Positions 1-8,276 of a DNA stretch of 64,000 bases are shown here, in pieces. Numbering within the stretch: position 1 is the first letter of the stretch; each line of letters starts with the position of its first letter. The notes under the pieces were generated by a model, which saw nothing but the letters and a program-made list of their open reading frames with translations, was not told the origin of the DNA and ran no database searches. The translations under genes and the position numbers were made by a program. The stretch comes from an uncultured virus (IMG/VR IMGVR_UViG_3300046170_000428) (taxonomy: Duplodnaviria; Heunggongvirae; Uroviricota; Caudoviricetes), in IMG/VR virus record IMGVR_UViG_3300046170_000428, one strand, 5' to 3'.

Positions 1-528
1 AATGGGCTCTCTATCGCCGGTAACTGGGTTCTCGGTTACAGACCAAAGCGATGGATGGAAACTCGACCCAACTTCCATATGGCCAAAGCCCCACAGATCA
101 GAGAGTTCTATATCGACCTCCCCAGGTACACGTGGAGTAGCGAAAAGGGAGAGAACATGGGGCATGGTTACACTAACTGGAACTGTGGTCATATGGCGAC
201 CCATTATGCCTGTAATAGGCTCAAGGCAAACGAAGTGCACTTATATGGATTCGATTCTTGTTTTGATTTTAATATGAATTCATTCACAGATCTTGTATTA
301 CACAGTGATAGAGGATTAATGAATAACCAGAGATTGTCAAGTAATTGGCGGCCTATATGGGAAAGTATGTTTAAGGAATGGCCGAATGTGAAGTTCATCT
401 TCCATTATACTCATGATAAGTTTAAGATGAGGGTATCGTCTAACGTAGAAGCACGTGTATATAAGCGAGAAGACAGTAAAGAGAAACCAGAAGACGTGGA
501 CTTTAATAAATTAGGTGCAGATATCTAA
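1..528 (+). CDS. 5'-truncated hypothetical protein, possibly a Maf/GT29-like glycosyltransferase-related fold
   Basis: Frame is open from base 1 (NGLSIAGNWVLGYRPKRWMET...). Motif NCGHMA...ANEVHLYGFD loosely resembles the 'G..A.....IYL.GFD' signature of DUF115/Maf and GT29 proteins. Confidence 0.45.
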   Translation, partial: NGLSIAGNWVLGYRPKRWMETRPNFHMAKAPQIREFYIDLPRYTWSSEKGENMGHGYTNWNCGHMATHYACNRLKANEVHLYGFDSCFDFNMNSFTDLVLHSDRGLMNNQRLSSNWRPIWESMFKEWPNVKFIFHYTHDKFKMRVSSNVEARVYKREDSKEKPEDVDFNKLGADI

Positions 529-710
529 GGCTTCTGTGGCGCGCTCTGGTGGCCACCGGTACCGCGATGAAGATGCGGTTTTATATTGGGGTGAACATTC
601 CGATTTCCACCAGCGGCCCTTAGCACCCCGGTGTTTTTTCGCAAATTCCAAAGCCGCGCAGAAAAAAGAAACGTCCCCCATGTCCGTACGCGTGTATACT
701 TTTTTCTATT
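529..710. other. GC-rich structured intergenic element between convergent genes (candidate ncRNA or cis site)
   Basis: Visibly more GC-rich than the flanks. Inverted repeats GGTGGCCACC, ACCGC..GCGGT and GGGGTG..CACCCC. Confidence 0.35.
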
Positions 711-722
711 GAAAAGAAATTC

Positions 723-884
723 TTATTCTAACCCTGGATCTTTTTTCACAGGCTTATTCATTATATCGTATTCATCTGGATTATTACGTCGCCATTCTTT
801 TTCTTTATAATGTGTATATAAGCTATCACATACAATATATAAGATACCTAAAGAAACGAGTATTGATAATGTTTCGATAATCAT
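723..884 (-). CDS. small membrane-anchored hypothetical protein (53 aa)
   Basis: Manual translation MIIETLSILVSLGILYIVCDSLYTHYKEKEWRRNNPDEYDIMNKPVKKDPGLE. Start overlaps the stop of 881..1111 (ATGA coupling). Confidence 0.6.
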   Translation of the reverse strand: MIIETLSILVSLGILYIVCDSLYTHYKEKEWRRNNPDEYDIMNKPVKKDPGLE

Positions 885-1111
885 CTGTATTCCTTCCATG
901 CCTTATGTAATATATAGAACCATACACCATTAATCAATGGTTCAACGATTGCATCATATCCTGCCAATGCCCAATCCGCTCCAGTGATTAACCGATTACA
1001 CGTCATTGCTATCAATATATGTCCAAGTGTATATACAACTGCTAATGCCAATGATGATTCACCAATCATTTTTCGAAGCAATTGGAATATACCTGTACGA
1101 AATTCAGACAT
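881..1111 (-). CDS. DUF2061-like small membrane protein
   Basis: Hydrophobic 76 aa with SLALAVVYTLGH...AIVEPLINGVWFYILHKAW pattern. Confidence 0.6.
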   Translation of the reverse strand: MSEFRTGIFQLLRKMIGESSLALAVVYTLGHILIAMTCNRLITGADWALAGYDAIVEPLINGVWFYILHKAWKEYR

Positions 1112-1285
1112 CTAACAATCTCTGAATTCTATGATTCTTGCATTGTCATCTGCTGCGATCTTTTGTTTTGTTTTTTCTACCCAATCAGGTACAGTTGTAT
1201 TTGTTGGATCAAACTCTACATAATGACCATATCTCTCTACAATATATTCACAGACTTCTCTCTCACCAGGTGATAACTTATCCAT
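1112..1285 (-). CDS. hypothetical protein (57 aa)
   Basis: Manual translation MDKLSPGEREVCEYIVERYGHYVEFDP...IIEFRDC. Exactly fills the gap in a tightly coupled minus-strand operon. Confidence 0.6.
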   Translation of the reverse strand: MDKLSPGEREVCEYIVERYGHYVEFDPTNTTVPDWVEKTKQKIAADDNARIIEFRDC

Positions 1286-1502
1286 CATATTTTTCCTTTA
1301 AATCTTGTAGATCAAATTCATACTGCAAATCATCGACTGATCCTTCAATATATTCAATTGATGACTGAGTATATTTCTTATGCTTATCTAATTCATCATT
1401 GAGTTGTGTGACTCTCTTACGTAAGTAATTGATTTCACGTTGCATCTCTCTCATTTCTTTCTCATAGATGTCTAATGGGACAGATATCCTTCTTTTAACC
1501 AT
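1278..1502 (-). CDS. coiled-coil hypothetical protein
   Basis: Heptad-like EMREMQREINYLRKRVTQLNDEL; operon context. Confidence 0.6.
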   Translation of the reverse strand: MVKRRISVPLDIYEKEMREMQREINYLRKRVTQLNDELDKHKKYTQSSIEYIEGSVDDLQYEFDLQDLKEKYDG

Positions 1503-1858
1503 TTTGTATATAACTCCTCTTGTTGTTCATATGCTTCAATTTCTGTTGGTCTTTCACAATACGGTACGTTATCATCTGAATATATACCATTACTTGTTTG
1601 ACGAACGTGTACCATTTCATGAAAGAGTGCAGTGATCAGATCAGCGTTTGATTGGTTCTTTTCTAATTCAATCTCATGTGTATATCTATCCATATTCCAA
1701 TGATAACCCGTTGCGGGTTTTTCGAGATCACACAGAGAGATCGTAACATCCAGTCGACGGCGAGATGGCATGATTTCTGATACAGCCCAGAAAAAAACTT
1801 CTGATAAAAAATCTTTTGAAAGGCTTTTGTGATGGCCGATTATTTCACATTCAATCAT
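1472..1858 (-). CDS. putative zinc metallopeptidase (HExxH)
   Basis: ALFHEMVHVRQ motif plus downstream PTEIEAY; SD-like GGAGAG upstream. Confidence 0.7.
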   Translation of the reverse strand: MIECEIIGHHKSLSKDFLSEVFFWAVSEIMPSRRRLDVTISLCDLEKPATGYHWNMDRYTHEIELEKNQSNADLITALFHEMVHVRQTSNGIYSDDNVPYCERPTEIEAYEQQEELYTKWLKEGYLSH

Positions 1859-1890
1859 AGTATATCTCTCCCTCTCCGGATTACTCTCTT

Positions 1891-1919
1891 ATTATACCAC
1901 GTTCCCCAGGCATTGTACA
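1891..1919 (-). promoter_or_regulatory. early-type sigma70-like promoter TGTACA-N17-TATAAT
   Basis: Minus strand TGTACA (1914-1919), 17 nt, TATAAT (1891-1896). The same pattern occurs at five other sites. Confidence 0.75.
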
Positions 1920-1998
1920 CATATATTTTTTCTTTTGAAAAGAAAGTACTTAACAAAACCGTAACATATCTGCTGTCGACCGGACTATAGATAATAGT

Positions 1999-2466
1999 AT
2001 GAATGAATTAATCAAAAAGGTGCAGAAGATGGAACTAGGCAATCCTATTATTACAACTCTTATTGGACTGGTTGTGTTCTATATCGGCCTTAAAATGTTT
2101 TCCGGTGGAATGAAATCCATGGGAAATATTGAACACTTAGCATGGTTTACCAGTAACTATATCTATATGTTCTTTGGTGGTATTGTTATGACGTTATTAT
2201 GGCAATCTTCAAGTCTATCTACTACTGCAATTATTGCCCTTGTGGCATCAGGCGCTGTCCCCCTACCTGCTGCAATTGCCGCTGTTCTTGGCGCCAATAT
2301 TGGAACAACCGGTACAATTTGGTTGGCGGGACTTCTAGTTTCGGATGGTATGCCAAAAGGCGATACCCTTCGAATTGCTATGGCTCATAGTGGTGTGAAC
2401 CTCTTTATGGCCCTTACTCTTCTCCCATTTGTCCATCATATCGCTCGATTTCTAGGACGATTCTAA
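1999..2466 (+). CDS. Na+/Pi cotransporter family protein (single repeat, half size)
   Basis: QSSS signature (LLWQSSSLST) and GANIGTT motif of NptA/SLC34; several hydrophobic helices. Confidence 0.8.
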   Translation: MNELIKKVQKMELGNPIITTLIGLVVFYIGLKMFSGGMKSMGNIEHLAWFTSNYIYMFFGGIVMTLLWQSSSLSTTAIIALVASGAVPLPAAIAAVLGANIGTTGTIWLAGLLVSDGMPKGDTLRIAMAHSGVNLFMALTLLPFVHHIARFLGRF

Positions 2467-2548
2467 AAATAATTTAATTTTTTTTCAACTATTTTGCTAA
2501 GTCATTGTTTTTGTTGAATATTTTTTTTAACTTTTTTGCATTTTTTTA

Positions 2549-2577
2549 TGTACAAAGCTAAAAAAGTATGGTATAAT
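2549..2577 (+). promoter_or_regulatory. early-type promoter TGTACA-N17-TATAAT with an upstream IHF-like site (2498-2510)
   Basis: TGTACA 2549-2554, TATAAT 2572-2577; SD GAGGAG downstream. Confidence 0.75.
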
Positions 2578-2621
2578 ATACTTATAAAATGAAAAAAGAC
2601 ATTAACATTGAGGAGAATGAA

Positions 2622-2885
2622 ATGCAAAATTTAAGAAACCTAATTAAAGATCTTGAGAATCAAGCTAAGTCTAAGTGGGCTATCAAAGAAGATATGGCTG
2701 ATATGTATAATGAGGATGCTAGAGACACAGAAGTTGTTCTTATGTCAATCCTAGCTGGTAGATATAAGTGGGCCGATGAGAAACTTTCTATGATGGATAC
2801 TCTTCCAAGAGATAATGCTGTACTAGCTATCATCGAAGATAAAGGTAATGAGTGGGCTCGTGCAAATATCGGATGGAGTATGTAA
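2622..2885 (+). CDS. hypothetical early protein
   Basis: ORF 2589..2885; SD GAGGAGA favours the start at 2622 (MQNLRN). Confidence 0.7.
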   Translation: MQNLRNLIKDLENQAKSKWAIKEDMADMYNEDARDTEVVLMSILAGRYKWADEKLSMMDTLPRDNAVLAIIEDKGNEWARANIGWSM

Positions 2886-2887
2886 TC

Positions 2888-3127
2888 ATGAGATATATTA
2901 TGAAAGAAAAAGATTATGATATTAGCTTTTCTATGGCTCATGGTTCACCGTACGATAGAGGTGGGGCAGATAGTTATTATCAAAGACCGTTTGATCCACA
3001 CTATTGGCCTGACGGTACCGGTAATGGTATACGAGTTGAAAAATCAGAAATGACCGAAAAAGAAATTATTGCTTATACTATAGGTTTTGATGATAATGAA
3101 GATGCAGGTAATTTTAAAATTTATTAA
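2888..3127 (+). CDS. hypothetical phage protein
   Basis: ORF with HGSPYDRGGADSYYQRP motif; start uncertain (2888 or 2900). Confidence 0.65.
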   Translation: MRYIMKEKDYDISFSMAHGSPYDRGGADSYYQRPFDPHYWPDGTGNGIRVEKSEMTEKEIIAYTIGFDDNEDAGNFKIY

Positions 3128-3132
3128 CGAAA

Positions 3133-3190
3133 TTCTCCGAACCCATCCTTTCATTTTGTTCTCCTTATCGGGTTCGGAGAAACTTTTTTC
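3133..3190 (+). terminator. 12-bp stem-loop with a 25-nt loop followed by a T-run (terminator or antisense RNA element)
   Basis: TTCTCCGAACCC (3133-3144) is the perfect reverse complement of GGGTTCGGAGAA (3170-3181); followed by ACTTTTTT. Confidence 0.6.
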
Positions 3191-3253
3191 AAACTATTTT
3201 GCTAAGTGATTGATATGATTGAATATTTTTTTTAAATAAAATGAAAAAAAAGA

Positions 3254-3282
3254 TGTACAAACGCGAAAAACTGCTGTATAAT
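3254..3282 (+). promoter_or_regulatory. early-type promoter TGTACA-N17-TATAAT with an IHF consensus site at 3203-3215
   Basis: TGTACA 3254-3259, TATAAT 3277-3282. Reverse complement of 3203-3215 is TATCAATCACTTA, matching WATCAANNNNTTR. Confidence 0.75.
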
Positions 3283-3319
3283 GGTACCATAAAATGAAAC
3301 AGACATTGAGGAGAAAAAT

Positions 3320-3571
3320 ATGTCAAAAATTATAATTACAAAAAATATGTCTTCAGACGAAAGACTTGAGGCTCTAAGAAAAGCTACTAAGAAATTCAAT
3401 AAGAAGATGAATAGAAACGCCTCTGTCAAAAGAGACGAAACTTCTTTTATGGATAAATTTGCCGATGGTAATATCTATGCATGGACTGACGCACCTAAGT
3501 ATTTAGATGAGTACTATGGTGAAAAAGTTCGCGATCAAAAAGAATATGAATCATCAGAAGGTTGGAACTAA
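3320..3571 (+). CDS. hypothetical early protein
   Basis: ORF with GAGGAG SD directly after the promoter. Confidence 0.7.
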   Translation: MSKIIITKNMSSDERLEALRKATKKFNKKMNRNASVKRDETSFMDKFADGNIYAWTDAPKYLDEYYGEKVRDQKEYESSEGWN

Positions 3572-3747
3572 TGGATCCGGTCAAATTAGAATTCTTCCTA
3601 GATAAATGGGATATATTAGTCGGATTACTTGGATTCGGTTTTTCGATTGCACTAGTAGTTGTAGTTATTGCAGCTGGATTTAAATTAGGTATGAGACTAT
3701 GGCCATTTATTTTAGTGGCAGGTTTCCTAGCATATATGTTTATGTAA
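3571..3747 (+). CDS. small two-helix membrane protein
   Basis: Hydrophobic; TAATG-coupled on both sides. Confidence 0.65.
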   Translation: MDPVKLEFFLDKWDILVGLLGFGFSIALVVVVIAAGFKLGMRLWPFILVAGFLAYMFM

Positions 3748-4049
3748 TGTCAGTGTATCCGAATATATTTGAATTGAAGCCAAATCAATTATGTACATAT
3801 TATTTGACTTCATCTTATCTGTATTATAAAGAGGATCTCAATGTACTTACAGATACTGATTATGATTTATTATGCAATCGTCTCTATCAAAAATATGACG
3901 AGGTAACGCATCCGCATAAAAAATTAATAGATAAAGAATCACTTATTGCTGGTACTGGATACGGTTTAAAGGAATATCCTACACGTGTAAAAATGGCAGC
4001 GCTATGTTGGTACAATGAATGGAGTGAGGAAGATAATGCAACAAGTTGA
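3747..4049 (+). CDS. stand-alone protein resembling NAD+-dependent DNA ligase subdomain Ia
   Basis: YLYYKEDLNVLTDTDYDLL resembles LigA Ia 'YY..D.P.ISD.EYD.L'. No KxDG adenylation motif. Confidence 0.55.
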   Translation: MSVYPNIFELKPNQLCTYYLTSSYLYYKEDLNVLTDTDYDLLCNRLYQKYDEVTHPHKKLIDKESLIAGTGYGLKEYPTRVKMAALCWYNEWSEEDNATS

Positions 4050-4293
4050 TAAAGTCACACCGAAACATGATCTTACATGGTATGTAAAATGGGTATCTTG
4101 TTTTTTTGTATTAATTGCTGTAGCTTGTCGCAGCGTTGAAGAAGTTCCAAAAATTTATGATGTAGTATTTAGTCTTACAGGTACTATAGGTTGGTTATGG
4201 GTAGGATATATGTGGCATGATAGAGCGCTCCTCATGTTGAATGGTGTATTATCATTTTTATTAGCAACAAGTGTATTGAGGTATATGGTATGA
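4036..4293 (+). CDS. small membrane protein
   Basis: Three hydrophobic segments, WYVKW...GW..VG..WHDRALL.LN; GAGGA SD upstream. Confidence 0.65.
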   Translation: MQQVDKVTPKHDLTWYVKWVSCFFVLIAVACRSVEEVPKIYDVVFSLTGTIGWLWVGYMWHDRALLMLNGVLSFLLATSVLRYMV

Positions 4294-4649
4294 CGATGCA
4301 TTTAGTACGTGGTATGTCGAGTATAAATACAAAAAGACGTAAACAAAATAGAAAACCAGGATGGGAAAAAGCAGAAGCTGCACATAATGCCTGGTTGATG
4401 AAAAATGGCGTTCATCCTTCACAATTGAAAAATGAGGAGAAAAGTAGTGGTGCAAGTATTCCAGACTATAGAGCAACACGTTCAACAATCAAAACGTCAG
4501 ATACAATCACAGCAATCCAGGGTAAAAAACAAACCAACGAATATACTGGATCTTATATTACAGGAATTGCGCAGATGCACAAATCAAACGCAGTCCCTGT
4601 TGGTAGAGGAACTGATCCAAAAATATATGCACAAATGAGGAGGAATTAA
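4290..4649 (+). CDS. basic hypothetical protein of T4-like phages
   Basis: YTGSYITGIAQMHKSNAVPV motif; translational coupling to neighbours. Confidence 0.7.
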   Translation: MTMHLVRGMSSINTKRRKQNRKPGWEKAEAAHNAWLMKNGVHPSQLKNEEKSSGASIPDYRATRSTIKTSDTITAIQGKKQTNEYTGSYITGIAQMHKSNAVPVGRGTDPKIYAQMRRN

Positions 4650-4873
4650 TGGCTATTGAAGCACCCTTAAATTTAAAACTCGAAGCGTCTAAACGACCTA
4701 GAGATGAGTATATTCATAATCTATGGAGAATTCAAATTGACCAACATCCAGATGGATATTGGACATGGATGATTGAAACTGAAAATAATGGTCCTGCATA
4801 TTTTCATAATACAGACACACGACCCACTTATGGTGAAATTCAGAAGTGGATTGCAGATCAGTCTTGGAGCTAG
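4649..4873 (+). CDS. hypothetical protein
   Basis: SD GAGGAGG; TAATG coupling. Confidence 0.65.
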   Translation: MAIEAPLNLKLEASKRPRDEYIHNLWRIQIDQHPDGYWTWMIETENNGPAYFHNTDTRPTYGEIQKWIADQSWS

Positions 4874-4876
4874 ACA

Positions 4877-5338
4877 ATGTCTATCGCTAAGGCAACACTC
4901 ATGTGTTTAGCTCTTAATGCTTATTGGGAGGCACGTAACCAAAGCTATGAAGGTATGGTTGCCGTGAATCAAGTTGTTATGAATCGTGTTGCTTCTGATC
5001 TATATCCAAATGATGCTTGTGAAGTTATCTTTCAAGGGCCAACAAGAATATCTTGGAAAGATCCAAACAAAGAATATCCGATTAAAAATCGATGTCAATT
5101 TAGTTGGTATTGTGATGGAAAATCTGATGAGATTGAAAAAGAAAGTAAAGAAAATCTTAATGCTTGGAGAAATGCAGTTAAATCTTCACTTCAAGTTATG
5201 ATGCGAGATTACAAAGACTTAGTTGATGGTGCATTATGGTATCATGCAGATTATGTTCAACCTAAATGGACAAAGGAAATGGAACAAACTACTACAATTG
5301 GTAAACATATTTTTTATAAAAAAAGTGAAAAAAAGTGA
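4877..5338 (+). CDS. cell wall hydrolase, SleB/Hydrolase_2 family
   Basis: CLALNAYWEARNQ (catalytic Glu), AVNQVVMNRV, CQFSWYCDG, GALWYHA, IGKHIFY. Confidence 0.9.
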   Translation: MSIAKATLMCLALNAYWEARNQSYEGMVAVNQVVMNRVASDLYPNDACEVIFQGPTRISWKDPNKEYPIKNRCQFSWYCDGKSDEIEKESKENLNAWRNAVKSSLQVMMRDYKDLVDGALWYHADYVQPKWTKEMEQTTTIGKHIFYKKSEKK

Positions 5339-5347
5339 AAATAACTG

Positions 5348-5376
5348 TGTACAAACCCTCAAAACTGCTGTATAAT
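5348..5376 (+). promoter_or_regulatory. early-type promoter TGTACA-N17-TATAAT
   Basis: TGTACA 5348-5353, TATAAT 5371-5376. Confidence 0.75.
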
Positions 5377-5409
5377 ATATGTATAAAATGAAAAATTGAG
5401 GAGAACAAT

Positions 5410-5712
5410 ATGTACATTAAACCAAATAATAACGATAGCTATATCGCTACTATCTCGACTTCAGATGAATCAGATATGCAAAAGCTTAAAGAATTAAGAC
5501 ATTCTATTTCAATGATGAATAAAAGTGAATGTTGGGGAAGACACCAAAACGGAATTCACATTAAAAAACGTATCGAAGTAAAAGGTCGTGGTGCTAAAGT
5601 TAAAATGAAAACACCAACATCAAAAGGTCCTGTACAATATACTTATTGGGGATCAGTCGTCGGTGGCATTTCTAATGCTAAAGAATTAGACGTATACATT
5701 TATAACAGATAA
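5410..5712 (+). CDS. hypothetical early protein
   Basis: ORF with GAGGAG SD after the promoter. Confidence 0.7.
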   Translation: MYIKPNNNDSYIATISTSDESDMQKLKELRHSISMMNKSECWGRHQNGIHIKKRIEVKGRGAKVKMKTPTSKGPVQYTYWGSVVGGISNAKELDVYIYNR

Positions 5713-5716
5713 GCTC

Positions 5717-6856
5717 ATGGCAAAAGTAATAACAGCCCTAAAGGGTAAGAAAATAAAAAAGAAAGTTGCTAGAGCTCGAGCTAGATCTGGTGTTAATGCC
5801 TCTCCTATTGAAAAAGGACTTAATGCAGTAAAATATTATTTTCAAGTTGAAGTTGATAGAAAAAGTATTATTGATCAACAGAAAACTTTTATTAAAAAGA
5901 ATTTTAATAAGACTGATGCAAAATATATTTTAGCAAATGCTGAATATAATTTCGTCTTTCCATATCGTGGTGCCATTGCCTTTTGGTATAATACAGGGCA
6001 AGAAGTCACACAAGAATCAGAAGAGTCTAAGGCTCATCTGATAGAGAAGTACACCGAACTACGAAATAGTGGTAAGGTGATATATGATGCTAAAAAGCAA
6101 ACGTTGAGTAATGATGAAAATATCATTACGCTCTCTCCTCAACAACGCTTGCAAAATAAGATCAATAACACGATTATTCAAGATCTCCTTTCTCTTGAAG
6201 ACTCGTGGATCGAAGGCGAAGAAACTTCTCTAGACGTTTACCAAATGTTTGGTAAACATGGACTAAGTGGATCTGCCACTATTCCAGTACGTATGATGGT
6301 TGAGGGATGGTTACTTGATTATGAAGACGCTTATGATAAGCGATGTGAACAAGCAGTAGAAGGCTATTCGCATATATCAAGACCTGAACTCAACCGTCGT
6401 ATTAAAGAATGTCAAGCTATGTTAGCTGACCTTGATAGAATTAAAGCAGCGCAAAAAGCTACACGTAAAATTAAAATTCCAAAAGTAGCTTCTATTGACA
6501 AACAGATATCTAAACTTAAATTTAAAAAAGAAGATAGCGAATATAAAATAGTATCAATTAATCCGGCACAAATTGTCGGTAAATTTAAATTGTTTGTATT
6601 TAATACAAAATATAAACAACTAACTTATTATAAAACCGACGATCCAAAAGGATTTATAATCTCAGGTTCTACTATTAAGAATCTTAATAAAGAAATAAGT
6701 AAAAAAATAACACTAAGAAAACCATTAGACTTTTTACCAATTGTACTTAAGAAAACTCCACTTCAAATTGAAAAAGAAATGGATAACTTAACTACAAAAA
6801 TGAGTGAAGCAAATGGTAGAATTAATAATGAAACAATTCTATTAAGGGTATTTTAA
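5717..6856 (+). CDS. hypothetical protein upstream of gp33
   Basis: 379-aa ORF, C-terminal NGRINNETILLRV, coupled to gp33. Confidence 0.75.
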   Translation: MAKVITALKGKKIKKKVARARARSGVNASPIEKGLNAVKYYFQVEVDRKSIIDQQKTFIKKNFNKTDAKYILANAEYNFVFPYRGAIAFWYNTGQEVTQESEESKAHLIEKYTELRNSGKVIYDAKKQTLSNDENIITLSPQQRLQNKINNTIIQDLLSLEDSWIEGEETSLDVYQMFGKHGLSGSATIPVRMMVEGWLLDYEDAYDKRCEQAVEGYSHISRPELNRRIKECQAMLADLDRIKAAQKATRKIKIPKVASIDKQISKLKFKKEDSEYKIVSINPAQIVGKFKLFVFNTKYKQLTYYKTDDPKGFIISGSTIKNLNKEISKKITLRKPLDFLPIVLKKTPLQIEKEMDNLTTKMSEANGRINNETILLRVF

Positions 6857-7098
6857 TGACAATTGAAGAAGAATTTTTAACTAAATCTAAATTTACATCA
6901 TTAGTTGAATCAACAGTGAGTGAATTAAAACTTAGTTATATGGACGCAGTATTACATCTCTGTGAAAAGAATAATCTTGAACCAGAAGATATGAAGAAAT
7001 TTGTCTCACCAATTATACGAGACAAAATTGAAGCCGAGGCAATGGCTCTAAACTTCTTGCCAAAACAAAATACACTTGATTCAGCTTTTGCTGATTAA
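6856..7098 (+). CDS. gp33: late promoter transcription coactivator gp33
   Basis: F...VE..V....SYMDAV...CE.N.LEPE.....S..I..KIE.EA..LN.LP pattern; sits immediately before gp32. Confidence 0.85.
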   Translation: MTIEEEFLTKSKFTSLVESTVSELKLSYMDAVLHLCEKNNLEPEDMKKFVSPIIRDKIEAEAMALNFLPKQNTLDSAFAD

Positions 7099-7101
7099 AA
7101 G

Positions 7102-7142
7102 TATAAATAACGGTGTACAAAGACGCATGAACTTTGTATAAT
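7102..7142 (+). promoter_or_regulatory. tandem late (TATAAATA) and early-type (TGTACA-N17-TATAAT) promoters for gp32
   Basis: TATAAATA 7102-7109, TGTACA 7114-7119, TATAAT 7137-7142. Confidence 0.75.
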
Positions 7143-7180
7143 ATTACAGTAACATATTTCAGCTATACAAGGAAAAATAT

Positions 7181-8074
7181 ATGTCATTTGCAAATTTAAA
7201 AACTAATCGCGACTCAATCTCAAAACTTATTCAAGCAGCGGAAGCCACTGGCGGTGGTGGAGAGAAGAAGTCGTATGTCGATGAAAGAATCTGGAAACCA
7301 ACAGTAGATAAAGCAGGTAACGGGTACGCAGTACTTAGATTCCTACCAGCAATGGAAGGACAAGAATTACCATGGGTTAGATATTGGGATCACGGATTTA
7401 AAGGACCAACCGGTTTATGGTATATTGAAAATAGCCTTACATCTATTGGTCAACCAGACCCAGTCGGTGAACTCAACTCAAGGCTTTGGAATACAGGCAA
7501 TGAGGCTGATAAAGATAAAGCAAGAGATCAAAAAAGAAGATTGCACTATGTTGTAAATGCACTTGTGCTTCAAGATCCATCTGCACCTCAAAACGAAGGA
7601 AAGGTTTTCATCTATAAATTCGGTAAAAAGATCTTTGATAAAATCATGGATTCTATGCAGCCTGAATTTGCTGATGAAAAAGCAGTTAATCCTTTTGACT
7701 TTTGGGAAGGTGCTGAGTTTAAACTCAAAATCAGAAATGTTGAAGGTTATAGAAATTATGATAAATCTGAGTTTGGTACTCCATCAACTTTATATGATGG
7801 TGATGATACGAAACTAGAGGCTGTTTATAATCAGCTTCATAATTTATCAGAGTTTTCTGATCCAAAAAACTATAAGACTTATGATGAACTTAAGTTAAAA
7901 CTAGCTAAAGTTCTTGGTGAAGATGTAGTTAATTCTGGTGCACCAACAATGGCGCAAACTGCTCAAATGAATGAGCCTGCTCCTGCGCCAATTACTCCAA
8001 CTACAGCAGAAGATATTCCATCAGAAGATGATGACACTATGTCTTACTTTGCGAGATTGGCAAATGAAGACTAA
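7181..8074 (+). CDS. gp32: single-stranded DNA-binding protein gp32
   Basis: DERIWKPTVDKAGNGYAVLRFLP, WYIENS, YKFGKKIFDKI, NPFDFWEGA, YDKSEF, acidic C-terminus. Confidence 0.97.
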   Translation: MSFANLKTNRDSISKLIQAAEATGGGGEKKSYVDERIWKPTVDKAGNGYAVLRFLPAMEGQELPWVRYWDHGFKGPTGLWYIENSLTSIGQPDPVGELNSRLWNTGNEADKDKARDQKRRLHYVVNALVLQDPSAPQNEGKVFIYKFGKKIFDKIMDSMQPEFADEKAVNPFDFWEGAEFKLKIRNVEGYRNYDKSEFGTPSTLYDGDDTKLEAVYNQLHNLSEFSDPKNYKTYDELKLKLAKVLGEDVVNSGAPTMAQTAQMNEPAPAPITPTTAEDIPSEDDDTMSYFARLANED

Positions 8075-8276
8075 GAATATCTTTCATAACTTTTATTCAG
8101 AGGACGGTGCCCGAGAGGGTATCGTCTTTAAATATCCTAATGATGAAGCTTGGTATGTTGATTGCTATGAGCACGGACATTTATCACAAACTCGAAAGAT
8201 GGAAACTGATGGTGTTCTTCATAGTGAGCGATATGCAGAAGATTGTGCAGAAAACTGGGTATTTAAAATCTTTTAA
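8064..8276 (+). CDS. hypothetical protein
   Basis: MKTKN start overlapping the gp32 end; HSERYAEDCAENWV motif. Confidence 0.65.
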   Translation: MKTKNIFHNFYSEDGAREGIVFKYPNDEAWYVDCYEHGHLSQTRKMETDGVLHSERYAEDCAENWVFKIF

